Made by a program: the position numbers and the translations under genes
Assembly (NCBI GenBank): GCA_965206595.1
Contig: OZ242214.1
Span: 6,656,001-6,720,000 of the forward strand
Source of the DNA: Candidatus Latescibacterota bacterium
Lineage (GTDB): Bacteria > Latescibacterota > UBA2968 > UBA8231
Length of the DNA stretch: 64,000 nucleotides
Direction: 5' to 3'
The notes under the pieces: generated by a model
The model's input: only the letters and a program-made list of their open reading frames with translations
Databases searched by the model: none
What the model was told of the DNA's origin: nothing
Part shown: positions 38,914 to 49,100 of the stretch, piece by piece
Layout of the letters: every line of letters starts with the position of its first letter
Position numbering within the stretch: position 1 is the stretch's first letter

Positions 38914-39795
38914 TCAGCGCGAAGGCTGCTCCCCCCTCCACGCAAGATCGATGCTGGTGTACCCGTCCACGTATCGGTGCAGGTGCGGCGGAAGGTCGGC
39001 GAGGAACCGCTGCCCGCTCTCCGGTATTTCCCAGGGGACGTCGATGCGGTGATTGCGGTCGCGGAAACCGATGGCACAGGACAGCCGGACTTCATCGAGG
39101 TTGTTGGCGAAGGCCCCGTGATAGGTGCGGTGGGCGAAGACGATCATGTCCCCCGGATCCGTGAACAAGGGGACGAGCCCCGGGATCTCGAAGCCGTCGT
39201 AGTTCGCTTCCTCTTCTCCTTGCGGGTAGAACGAGCGGCGGTCGCGAGTCAGGGCGAACCCTTCCGGGCCCTCCCAGCCTTCGAGATGCGAATCTGCGAT
39301 GACGCAGAGACCTCCGTGCACCGGCCGCGACCCGGTGATGTAGAACCACTTCCCCGAAGGCCACGGCCCGCGGTTGAGGACCTCGCCGGAGTTCTTCGGC
39401 GGCCCCTCCGCGAACCCGCACCAGTCGCTGTGCCAGCGTACCGGAGCCGACCCCGGCATGCGGATAATGGCAGCGGAGCGGTGAACGGTCAGCTCGTCCG
39501 TCCCGATCAGGTGGCGGTGGATCTCCATGAACGGCTCGGACTCCAGCAGCGACCACGCCCTCGGTCCCGACTCGATCCAGGCGTGGCGCGTCCGCGACTC
39601 CCCGGGCCCCAGGGTGCGGTCCGGGTCCGTGCCGTCCCATACGGCCTTCCTGAGTCCGGCGACGATGTCGTCGGGAAGCACATCCTTGATGATCGCGAAG
39701 CCGTGTGCTTCCAGGCAGGCCGACACCAGGTCGAGCTCCCCGGTGGAGAACTCGTACCGGCACCCGGGATCCGGTTTCTCGATCGCCTCGGTCAT
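38914..39795 (-). CDS. Phytanoyl-CoA dioxygenase (PhyH)-family Fe(II)/2OG dioxygenase
   Basis: HGFAIIKDVL, WHSD (HxD), PGDMIVFAHRTYHG...R. Confidence 0.8.
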   Translation of the reverse strand: MTEAIEKPDPGCRYEFSTGELDLVSACLEAHGFAIIKDVLPDDIVAGLRKAVWDGTDPDRTLGPGESRTRHAWIESGPRAWSLLESEPFMEIHRHLIGTDELTVHRSAAIIRMPGSAPVRWHSDWCGFAEGPPKNSGEVLNRGPWPSGKWFYITGSRPVHGGLCVIADSHLEGWEGPEGFALTRDRRSFYPQGEEEANYDGFEIPGLVPLFTDPGDMIVFAHRTYHGAFANNLDEVRLSCAIGFRDRNHRIDVPWEIPESGQRFLADLPPHLHRYVDGYTSIDLAWRGEQPSR

Positions 39796-39991
39796 CCTTG
39801 CAACCCTCCTGTCATTTCATCGCGCCCATGGCTCGCGCCGGTTTCTCTGCTGCTCGGGATGGCAGATGCTCGGGAATGGCTGCCGGGCACGTGGATACGG
39901 AACGGGACCGGCATGCCGTACCCCGGCCGCGCCCGCAGCCATGCAGGTGCTGCCCAGACCGAAACGCATCCTCCCTCCAGGCCCGAAAAAG

Positions 39992-41083
39992 TCAGGTGCT
40001 CACCCTGAATTCGGTCAGGTAGATGTCGCACTCCGAGCGCTTGCGCAGGTAGGCGTCGAAGTGCCTCGGAGCGACCATCCCCGACCAGTAGGCGACGTCT
40101 GAGTAGTAGGACATGGCGAGGCGATCCGGGGCGAGGGATATCAGCCCTGGATAGGAGCTGTCCCCGCCGGCAGGCATCGAGAGTACCCGTTGCGCCCGGC
40201 CGCGCTCCAGCCGGTACACTCCGGTGGTGCCGTGGGGATTCCCCTCCGCCGCGACGCGGCCCGCCAGGTAGACCTGGTCCCCCGAGGCGCAGATCGCCGG
40301 GGCGTCGCAGCGCACCCCGAGATCGACGTTTCCCTCCCAGCTCTCGTACGGAGGGTGCGACCAGTACATCAGGGCCGGTCCGTGGGAGCGCACGATGCAC
40401 CAACACTCGCCGCCGGGAGACCAGTACAGGTCGGACTCCTCGGTGAAGCGGCGCGGATGGCCGGCAGCTATGCGCGCATGGCGGTGCCAGTCCACCCCGT
40501 CGTCGCTGGCGATCAGGTCGAAGGGCCCTTCTTCCTGCTCGAGGTAGCAGATCGCCGAGTAGAACCGGCCCTCGTGCAGGCGCACGCGCCACGTGTACGG
40601 GTAGTAGTCCCCGAGCCGCAGCACTTCGGGGGGCGACCAGCTCTGCCCGTCCTCGGTGTGGGACATGTAGATGCGCGACGGCTTGCCGCTGTCGCCGGGG
40701 AACTGCACCGGGAAGAACAGGAACAGCCGGTCCTCGTCCTGGGTGAAGTGCCCGGCGGCGATGCCGCGGCCGTCGACGATGCCGCCCGGGGGCTCGAAGC
40801 GCTGCACCCGTTGCCAGCGGCGCAGGTCGTTCGAGCGCAGCAGGATGACCGAGCTGTTGCCGCGGACGCAGCTGTGCCCGGTGCCGCGCCGGTACGAGAG
40901 CCAGTAGTAGCCGCGCCACCGGGTCAGGTCGGTGGGCATGTTGTACCAGCCGTCCCGGACCACCGTGCGCACCGCGGCGACGTCCGCGGGCGCCGGTCGG
41001 GCGCAGGCGAGAAACATCGTGTCGTCCCCTTCCCGGTGCGGGACTCCCCCGGGAACCGCATTCTCTGAACCGCTTGCCGTCAT
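39992..41083 (-). CDS. Beta-propeller (sialidase-like) hypothetical protein
   Basis: YNMPTDL, TEDGQSW, SDDGVDW, GGDSSYPG, MSYYS, DIYL. Confidence 0.65.
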   Translation of the reverse strand: MTASGSENAVPGGVPHREGDDTMFLACARPAPADVAAVRTVVRDGWYNMPTDLTRWRGYYWLSYRRGTGHSCVRGNSSVILLRSNDLRRWQRVQRFEPPGGIVDGRGIAAGHFTQDEDRLFLFFPVQFPGDSGKPSRIYMSHTEDGQSWSPPEVLRLGDYYPYTWRVRLHEGRFYSAICYLEQEEGPFDLIASDDGVDWHRHARIAAGHPRRFTEESDLYWSPGGECWCIVRSHGPALMYWSHPPYESWEGNVDLGVRCDAPAICASGDQVYLAGRVAAEGNPHGTTGVYRLERGRAQRVLSMPAGGDSSYPGLISLAPDRLAMSYYSDVAYWSGMVAPRHFDAYLRKRSECDIYLTEFRVST

Positions 41084-41183
41084 TGTTGTTTATCCAGGCC
41101 TGGTGTGGCGGCGGCAATAATCCATTACAGTAGAGCGAACAGGGCTTCGGGCGTTCGAGCTGCCGTCCGTTTCCGCTTCGTCC

Positions 41184-42032
41184 TCACCTCGCAGCTGCAG
41201 CGCGCTTGAACACCGGGGCGGCTGGGGTCGACTCCGGCTCGCTGAACTCGTACCCGCCGGCGTCGAAGCCGCGCAGGTCTTCCGCTTCCCTCACGTCGTT
41301 GTCGACGAGCCAGCGCGCCATCAGTCCGCGCGCGTACTTGGCGAACATTCCCAGGACCTTGAACTCCCCCTTCGATTCGTCCTTGAAGACCGGGTGCACC
41401 ACCGGACAGGGCAGCTCCTTTTCGCGCACCGACCGGTAGTACTCCTGGCTGGCCAGGTTGCAGACCCAGGCGGGATCCTCCTCGGCGAGCCCCTCGGTGA
41501 TGGCGCCGCCCCAGAACTGGTACAGGTCCCTGCCCTTCGGGGTCTCGAGCTTCGTTCCCATCTCGAGCCGGTAGGGCAGCATCAGGTCGAGGGGCCTGAG
41601 AAACCCGTACAGTCCGGACAGGATGCGGATCCGTTCCTGGGCGCGGCCGATCCCCCTGGACTTCAGGGACCCGGCGTCGAACCCCTGGTACACGTCCCCG
41701 GTGAAGGCCCACAGCGCCTGCTTGGCCGGCAGCGGGGAGGCTTCCTTGCCGGCTTTCTGGCTTGCCTGCTTCTCGATAACGGCCGGATCGAAGCTCTGGT
41801 AGCGCTGGAAGTTCAGCTCCGACAACCTCCCGCTCAGGCTCATCAGGTCCGCGAGCTCGACCGCGGATTTCTCCTTCAGCAGGCCTGCCAGCTCCGCGGT
41901 CTGCTGCGTCAGGAAGTGCGGGACCCCGGCCTTTCCGGTAGGGGCAGGAGTCTCGAAGTCGAGCGATTTGGCCGGGGACAACAGGATCAGCTGCGGTTTC
42001 CTTCCCTTGCTGCGGGATTTCGAAGTGGCCAT
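41184..42032 (-). CDS. yaaA: Peroxide stress protein YaaA (UPF0246)
   Basis: LLSPAKSLD, FTGDVYQG, ILSGLYGFLRPLD...YRLEMGT, NLASQEY, AKYARGLMAR. Confidence 0.92.
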   Translation of the reverse strand: MATSKSRSKGRKPQLILLSPAKSLDFETPAPTGKAGVPHFLTQQTAELAGLLKEKSAVELADLMSLSGRLSELNFQRYQSFDPAVIEKQASQKAGKEASPLPAKQALWAFTGDVYQGFDAGSLKSRGIGRAQERIRILSGLYGFLRPLDLMLPYRLEMGTKLETPKGRDLYQFWGGAITEGLAEEDPAWVCNLASQEYYRSVREKELPCPVVHPVFKDESKGEFKVLGMFAKYARGLMARWLVDNDVREAEDLRGFDAGGYEFSEPESTPAAPVFKRAAAAR

Positions 42033-42458
42033 TTCTCTCTCCAGGGTATGGTCTTTGGGTTGCCGGCCTGCGTACCGAGCAGCTCAGCCATGGGCTTTTT
42101 CCGGGCGTACCGAGACTGGCCGGACGCACGGGATCTGCAGGTCGAGCATCGACTTGATGTCTGCATGTGGGCGTCTGCTTCCGGCGAATTTCAGCCGATC
42201 CTTTCAGCATCGCAAACGCGGATTGCGTTGGGGGGAATGTATCCCGCGCCCGGTCCGGTGGGCACGAATCCAATGCCGTGCCAAGGGGCGGGATCCCGCG
42301 CCGAGACAAAGTGCCCGCGGCAGTGGCTTCTGCTCGCTGCAGACCCGCGAACCTCGACTTGCCGATCTCCTGACACGGGTTGGACCCCGCTGAAAAGCGG
42401 CTGTAAAGTAGAAACGTGCGATAAATCCAATCCACGAAATCCGGGAGCAACCCCCCTC

Positions 42459-43862
42459 ATGTCGGATCGACCCAACATCCTGTGGATCTGCACCGACCAG
42501 CAGCGCTGGGACACCATCCGCTGCCTCGGAAACGACAGGATCAATACCCCCAACCTCGACCGCCTCGCGGCGGCAGGGGTCGCCTTCACCCACGCCTTCG
42601 CCCAGTGCCCGGTCTGCACCCCGAGCCGGGCAAGCTTTCTCACCGGAATGTACCCGGGCAGCGTGCGCGCCTGCATGAACGGCAACGGCCACTGGGCCGG
42701 AGCCGCGCCGCTGCTACCCAGGCTGCTCGCCGACGCCGGCTACGACTGCGGCCTCTCGGGAAAGCTCCATCTCGCCGGCGCCCAGGGGCGCATCGAGCCC
42801 CGCGGCGACGACGGCTACCGCGTGTTCCACTGGAGCCACGACTCCATCGACCGCTGGGAGGAGGGCCACGAGTACGCCGACTGGCTGAAACGGCAAGGGC
42901 ACGACCTCGGCGCCTTCAACGACGCGCCCGAGACCATGCCCCCGGAGCTGCACCAGACGACGTGGTGCGCAGACACGGCCATCGATTTCATCCGGGAAGA
43001 GCGGGACGGGCCGTGGCTTTTCAGCGTCAACCCCTTCGATCCCCACCCGCCGTTCGACCCTCCGGGGGAGTACCTGCGCCGCTACGATCCCGACAGCCTG
43101 CCGGAGCCGCTGTGGCGGGACTCCGATGTCGACGCCCACCGGCCGTTCGCCGGGGTGGACGGATTCGCCGGACCGCCGCTGCCGCCCGCGGAGTTGGGAG
43201 GCCGTCGGATCAAGGCGGCCTACTACGCCATGATCGAGCTGATCGACCACAACGTCGGGCGCCTGCTGGACGCCCTCGAGGCCGCCGGTCAGCGCGACGA
43301 CACCATCGTCATCTTCACCTCCGACCACGGGGAGCTGCTCGGCGACCACGGCTTCCACACCAACAAGGGGTGCGCCTTCTTCGAAGCCTCGGTGCGGGTG
43401 CCGCTGATCCTCTCCTGGCCGGGGCACTTCAACGGCGGCCGGGGCAGCGACGCTCTCGTCGAGCTGATCGACCTGGCACCGACCCTGCTCGAGCATGCAG
43501 GGGTGGCGCGGCCGCCGCGCATGCAGGGGATCTCGCTGAACGGGCTGCTCGAAGGGACCGCCGCCGAGCACCGCGACCGGGTGCACTGCGAGTACTTCCG
43601 CGACCAGACCCTGTCGCCGCACCTGCGTCCCACCTTCGAGGGCAGTTATGCTACAATGGTCCGCGACCGGCGCTACAAGCTGATCGTGCACCACAACCGC
43701 AACAGCGGCCGCCTCTACGACCTGCAGGAGGACCCCGGGGAGTTCGACAACCGCTGGGACGATCCCCGGCTCGCCGGCGTCAAGGGGCAGCTGATGCTCG
43801 CAAGCTTCAACAGGCTCGCCCTATCCGTCGACGTCGGCCCTGAACCGACGACCGGGTTTTAG
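42459..43862 (+). CDS. Formylglycine-dependent sulfatase
   Basis: RPNILWICTDQQR, CTPSRAS (CxPxR), GKLH, DPHPPF, TSDHGE, LYDLQEDPGE. Confidence 0.92.
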   Translation: MSDRPNILWICTDQQRWDTIRCLGNDRINTPNLDRLAAAGVAFTHAFAQCPVCTPSRASFLTGMYPGSVRACMNGNGHWAGAAPLLPRLLADAGYDCGLSGKLHLAGAQGRIEPRGDDGYRVFHWSHDSIDRWEEGHEYADWLKRQGHDLGAFNDAPETMPPELHQTTWCADTAIDFIREERDGPWLFSVNPFDPHPPFDPPGEYLRRYDPDSLPEPLWRDSDVDAHRPFAGVDGFAGPPLPPAELGGRRIKAAYYAMIELIDHNVGRLLDALEAAGQRDDTIVIFTSDHGELLGDHGFHTNKGCAFFEASVRVPLILSWPGHFNGGRGSDALVELIDLAPTLLEHAGVARPPRMQGISLNGLLEGTAAEHRDRVHCEYFRDQTLSPHLRPTFEGSYATMVRDRRYKLIVHHNRNSGRLYDLQEDPGEFDNRWDDPRLAGVKGQLMLASFNRLALSVDVGPEPTTGF

Positions 43863-43887
43863 ACCGCCAGGTACTCCCTCAATCGGG
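43860..43887. repeat. Direct repeat copy 1 (duplicate of livF 3' end)
   Basis: TAGACCGCCAGGTACTCCCTCAATCGGG, 27/28 identical to 57700-57727. Confidence 0.85.
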
Positions 43888-43926
43888 CGCGTTTCGCCGT
43901 TTCACGCACATGACTCCAATAAACCC

Positions 43927-45928
43927 TTGACTCCCTCGTAACAACCCCGTTTTCAAGACAGAGGTTTTTTTCTTGAAACTTTAGTTTCACCAACATGAAA
44001 AAGAATCGGGAATGCGCCGCTATGTAAGCAGCTTCAGCGCCATATCGTCCGATGGCCTCGAATCGGGCTTATAAAGCCTTTTGCGGCGCCGAAAGGAACT
44101 TCCGTTCCCTTTTTCAGCCCATCGCCGGAGCTATGGCTTCGGGTTTGGGCGTAAGCGCCCGCAGCATTCTCTTGAAATTGCAAGCCAGGGCTTTGAGGTA
44201 AACGGCCAGCTCCACGCGCCAACGCCCGCGCACGCGCAGGGCGCCCAGCCCGTGTCTTCGTTTCAGTTCCGAGACCGTGGCCTCGATGCCGGCGCGAATG
44301 CGATAGCGCTCCCGGAAGGCGCCGCTGGCCATGGCGCGGCGGCGACGTTCGAGGTTGACGGCTTTCAGGTCCACGGTCACGGCGTAGCCGTCCCCGTCCT
44401 GGTTCGGCCGCACCGGGCAGAGGGGAAACAGGGCGCAGGTCTGGCAGCTTCGGCGCTCGAAGGTCAGCACCACGTGGTGCTTCTTCTTCTCATACGACGT
44501 TTGCTCGCGGGCCAGGTGTCCGGCCGGGCAGATGGCCGGATCCCGGAGACGGGCCTCGACGAGGAAGTCGGCCTCGGTCACCGTATCGGGCCGCTCCTCG
44601 ACGTCGACCTGGGGGCCTTTGACCGGGCTGACCAACTCGGTGCCGAGGCGTTCGGCGTGGATGGCATGGTCGCCGGAGCCGAAGGCGGTGTCGGCGACCA
44701 GCTCGTCGGGTCGCTGCCCGCGCTCTTCGAGGGCCTCCAGCACCGGCATCGTCGCGTGCTCGTCACTGGCGCAGGCATCGGTCACCGCTACGTGGGTGAT
44801 CATGTTCACGGTGTCGGTCTGGTCGTCGTCGGTCTGGTCGTCGTCAGTCTCGACGCAGGTCTCGGCGATCTGCACCTCATACCCCTTTGCCCTTGCGGCC
44901 GTGGTAGGTGGCCTCGGCATCATAGGGGCTTTGCAGCGAGTCGCTGCCGACGTGCTCCGGCGCCTTCAGCGCCACCGGCACGCCGCCTTCGCCGGCGTCG
45001 TCGTCCTCGGTCGAGGGGCGCTGCTTGTCCGCGACCACGTCGCACTGCTCCCACAGCAGGCGCTGCAGCAGCGCCCAGGACTCCAGGCCCTCGGCCGCCG
45101 TGCCCGCACACAGCTGATGGAGACGGTAGAGGTCGCGGGCGCACACCGGCAGCCGCCTCTTGCCCGTGCCGGAGGGCGCGTCCTGGTAGGCCGTGGCGCT
45201 GCCGTCCTCCTTCAGGTAGCGCTCGCGCAGGCGCTTCGACACCCGCCCGTACAGGCGCGGATGCTCCGCCGCCAGGGTTTTCAGAAAGTGACGGAGGGTC
45301 TCACACAACAGCCCCAGACGCGACAACACCGCGATGTTGCTGAGCACGTGGGTGGAGTCCAGGCGTTGCCGGGTGACCTTCGTACCCAACGCTTGCAGAA
45401 TGCCATCCGTAGTCGCCTCGAACGCCTGCCGGCCGCGGTCATGGGCCAGCAAGCGGGCGCGGAAGTTGTGCAGCGTCAGGACGTTGTTAGTCCTCGTCTT
45501 CTGCGCCAGGTGGGCCTCCTCCGGGGTCAGCTCCAGGGCGTGCTGCCACAACAGGCTGAACTCCAGCTGCTCCAGCGCCTCGGCGTCGGTCAGAGCGAAC
45601 ATCTCCTTGAGCAGAAGCACGCCCAAGACCGTCGCCACCGGCTGGTTGGGACGACCGTTGTCGTCGCAATACAAGGACGCAAACTGCGCTTCATCGATCA
45701 GCGGCAAGGCACGCGTGCGAAAGGTCTCCGCCCAGCTCGCCTGCAGGCGCTGCCGCTTGGCCGCAGGCACCAGGTTGCGGCTCTCGAACAGGGTGCGTTG
45801 CGAATCCTTCGTACGAAACATCAGCCCCATCCACTAGAGAGGAAGTGTGTGACGGATTGGTATACCCAATATACCAAGAATCCCTGATTATCGGGGCTGT
45901 GAGAGAGGGGTTTTTACGAGAGAATCAA
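43927..45928 (-). mobile_element. IS1182/IS5-like insertion sequence (~2.0 kb)
   Basis: Imperfect terminal IRs: TTGACTCCCTCGTAACAACCC at the left end and the reverse complement TTGATTCTCTCGTAAAAACCC at the right end. Encloses a transposase. No clear TSD. Confidence 0.85.
44114..45830 (-). pseudogene. IS1182-family-like DDE transposase, frameshifted at C4 run 44882-44885
   Basis: DUF772-like N-terminus (DNGRP...LLLKEM..LTD.EA), LDSTH, KGYEVQIAET, ADTAFGS, CxxCxxxxxC, YRIRAGIEATVSELKR. Confidence 0.85.
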
Positions 45929-46025
45929 GGCTTTGTTCGTCAAGGCCATTCTACAACAGCGATAGGTCGAATTTCCTGAATCGCACCAATATATCTCATC
46001 TTAAAATGATTTTTCATTGCCATAA

Positions 46026-46063
46026 GCCCTGAACACGGAGCTTGTCGAAGTGTGTCGAAGGGC
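46026..46063. repeat. REP-like palindromic element (CCCTGA..GTCGAAGGG type), apparently nested
   Basis: GCCCTGAACACGGAGCTTGTCGAAGTGTGTCGAAGGGC, with GCCCT/AGGGC arms and GTCGAAG twice. Confidence 0.4.
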
Positions 46064-46179
46064 ACACCGCGGCGGCGATTTCCCCTTCCGTCAGTCGGTA
46101 GAGTGTATAGACCAGCCGATCTATCTCCGCTTCCAATGTTTCTACCACGCATACTCATTGATATGCTGGCACCATGGGT

Positions 46180-49100
46180 TCACGGCGTGTTGTTCGTCAC
46201 CGTCGTCGTCGTAAGAGGCTGCACCCAAAAGCCCCAGGAGGGCTCGTTATTGGGGCGGTTCCGATTATAATAGCCATACTCGTCCCTGAGATCTTTACCG
46301 TTTCTAAGGTGGACGTATGCCACCGTCACCGCGTCGGTCGCCGCTACCGCCGACTCCAGAGTCAGCGTTACCTCTACCCCGCTCACGGCAACGCTGCTGA
46401 CTGTTCGGGCCGCGCCTTCAACCATCACCGTAAAGGCACTTGGTGAGGCGACGTAACGCTCATCTAATTTCACCTCTGAGTTAAGTGTCAGCGTTGCGCC
46501 ATCCACCTCTGCCGACTCCGGCAGGAATACCGGCCAGATGCGGAAGCGTTCCAGGTCAGGCGCCCGGTTCCCCAACAGGTCCCTGAGCCCCTTCACTAAG
46601 CCCCCAATAGGCCGGTTGTATGCCACCGCCACCCCGGCCGCTGTTACCGCCAAATCGAGGGTCAGTATCACCTCTTTCCCGCTCACGGTAACGCTGCGGA
46701 CCCTTCGCACCCCAGCCACAGACCCCTCCCTCACCTTGAAGGAATTTTCCGGTACGATGTCCATGTCCTCGTTCAGGGCCTCGCTAAAGACAAGTGTCAG
46801 CGTTACGCTGCCATCCGCCTCCGCCCTTATCTCCGACAGCGTCGGAGGTATAGTGTCTATTGATCGCACCTGGTATGGAAGGGAGACAGAACCTGCACCA
46901 TTCGCATTGACCGCCCGCAGCTCGAACAAGTAATAAGTCCTGTTAGTCAAGCCGGTCACGGTGTACTTCATCGCGTGGACCTCACCGGGGGCGCTCATGG
47001 CGATCGGCGTCCAGGTGTCGGGAAACGTGTCGTCTGACCCGAAGTCCGACTCCTTCTTGCGGAATTCATAGCCGGTGATGGAGCTGCCGCCATCCGCCGG
47101 CGCGGTCCAACTCAGCTCCACCTCACTACCGGTTTTTAAGTTTCTCGCCGACAGCCCCGGCACACCCGGCACGTCAGGGGTGCTGGTATGGAGCAGCGCC
47201 ACCGCAACCGTATTATCAGCTGCCGGCAGGGCAAAGCCGGAGGGAATTTCCCATTGATAGGAGGAACCAAAGTCGGTGAATTTTACGTCGGCATCGCCGA
47301 GATCAAACTCCGTTGTGCCTACGACTAAAATCAGATTTGTGCGATCGGGAATAGCAAAAGTGTCGAATCCAAGAATCATTTTGGATTGATAAGTCCTCAG
47401 ATCGCTTGCTACATAATTTCTGCCTGCAAACTCGAAATCCGTATCAGAGAGTTCACCAATCCAACCATCGGAATACCCAACAGCGCCAAATGACGCCCCC
47501 ACCGTCAGTGTGGCAGACCAGGCCAGGCTGGTCCCCTCTTCAAGCGTAGCCCCGCTTCCCGATGCGGACCAAGTGCTCTCACCTTCGTCATTCTCCGCCC
47601 GCACCTGCACTTCGCAGTTCCTGTCCGGGGTCAAACCCGTAAGGGTCGTGGTCAAGTCCGTGCCAGTGTATTCCGCATCCGTGAAGTCGCCGCTGCTGCC
47701 GATTCGATACTGCACATCGTAGTCCGTGATCACCGGCCCGGTGTTATCCGGCTCTGTCCAGGTCACCGTCAGGCTGGTGGATGAGGCCGCCATCACCTTC
47801 GGCGCATCGGCCCTGTCCGGCGGTTCAGCTACATCTTTCACGTTGATCGTCACGGCGATGGTCGCGCTGCCGCCGTGCTCGTTCTCGGCGGTCACCGTCA
47901 CCGAGTAGCTGTCCTTCGTCTCATGGTCGTACGTCTCCTCATCGTTAGTCCGAAGCTGACCGCTGGTCTCAACGATGGTGAAACTTCCCGCATTCGTACC
48001 TCCGAGGCTGTAGGTCAGTGCGCTCGTCTCCTCGTCGGTCGCGCTCACCGCATCCCCGATGTTCCGTGTCCCTGTCGTGTTCTCTTCCAGGTGGCGCGTC
48101 GCGCTCGTACCATCGCTGAAGGTCGGCACCTGATTGACACTGGTCGTCTCATTAACCAATGGCGACCAGTCACCTGGACCTTCGTCGTTGGTCGCCCGCA
48201 CCTGCATCTGATAGGTCGTGGCCGGGGTCAAGCTCATAATGGTCGTGGTCAGTGCCGTGCCCTCGTGAGTTACAGAAATAAACGAGCCGCCGCTCTCACG
48301 GTATTGCACGTCGTAGTCCGTAATCGCCGGCCCGGTGTTATCCGGCTCTGTCCAGATAACCGTCAGGCTATTCAACGTCACGGCCGTCACTGTTGGCGTC
48401 GCTGGAGCCGCTGGCGGTTCGATCTCATCGTTCAGGGTGATCCTCACGACAATGGTCGCACTGCCGCTGTGCTCGTCTTCGGCTGTCACCGTCACTACAT
48501 ACGAGCTCTTCGTCTCATGGTCGTACGTCACACCAGTCTTGGTCTGAAGCTGACCGCTGGTCTCAACGATGGTGAAACTCCCCGCATCGTTACCTCCGAG
48601 GCTGTAGGTCAGTGCGCTCGTCTCCTCGTCGGTCGCGCTCACCGCATCCCCGATGTTCTCTCCCGCCACCGCGTTCTCGGCAAAGCTGCGCGCCGGCGAT
48701 GCCTCGCTGAACGTCGGCAGCTGATTGGCGCGGGTCGTCCTGCTGCCCGAATCAGACCATGGGCTCCTCCCCTCGGCATTGATCGCCTGCACTTGCACCT
48801 CGTAGGTCGTGCCCGGGGTCAAGTCCGTAATGGCCGTGGTCAGCGCCGTGCCCTCGTGAGTCACACCCGTGAACGCACCGCTGCTGCCCTGGCGGTATTG
48901 CACATCGTAGTCGGTGATCGCCGGCCCGGTGTTCGCAGGGGCGGTCCAGATCACCGTCAGGCTGGTGGAGGATGTCGCCGTCACGGTCGGCGCAGTCGGC
49001 TTGTCCGGCGCCTCGCCAGTCACATCGGTCAAGGCGATCGTCACGTTGATGGTCGCGCTGCCGCCGTACTGGTCCTCTGCCCGCACCATTACCGAGTAGC

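Noticed and set aside
41394-42458. N-terminal extension making an 822-aa sulfatase
   Set aside because: Overlaps yaaA antisense. The sulfatase fold begins at MSDRPNIL (42459).
44877-44890. Programmed -1 frameshift in the transposase
   Set aside because: The required shift is +1, and this family normally uses a single ORF. An extra G is the simpler explanation.
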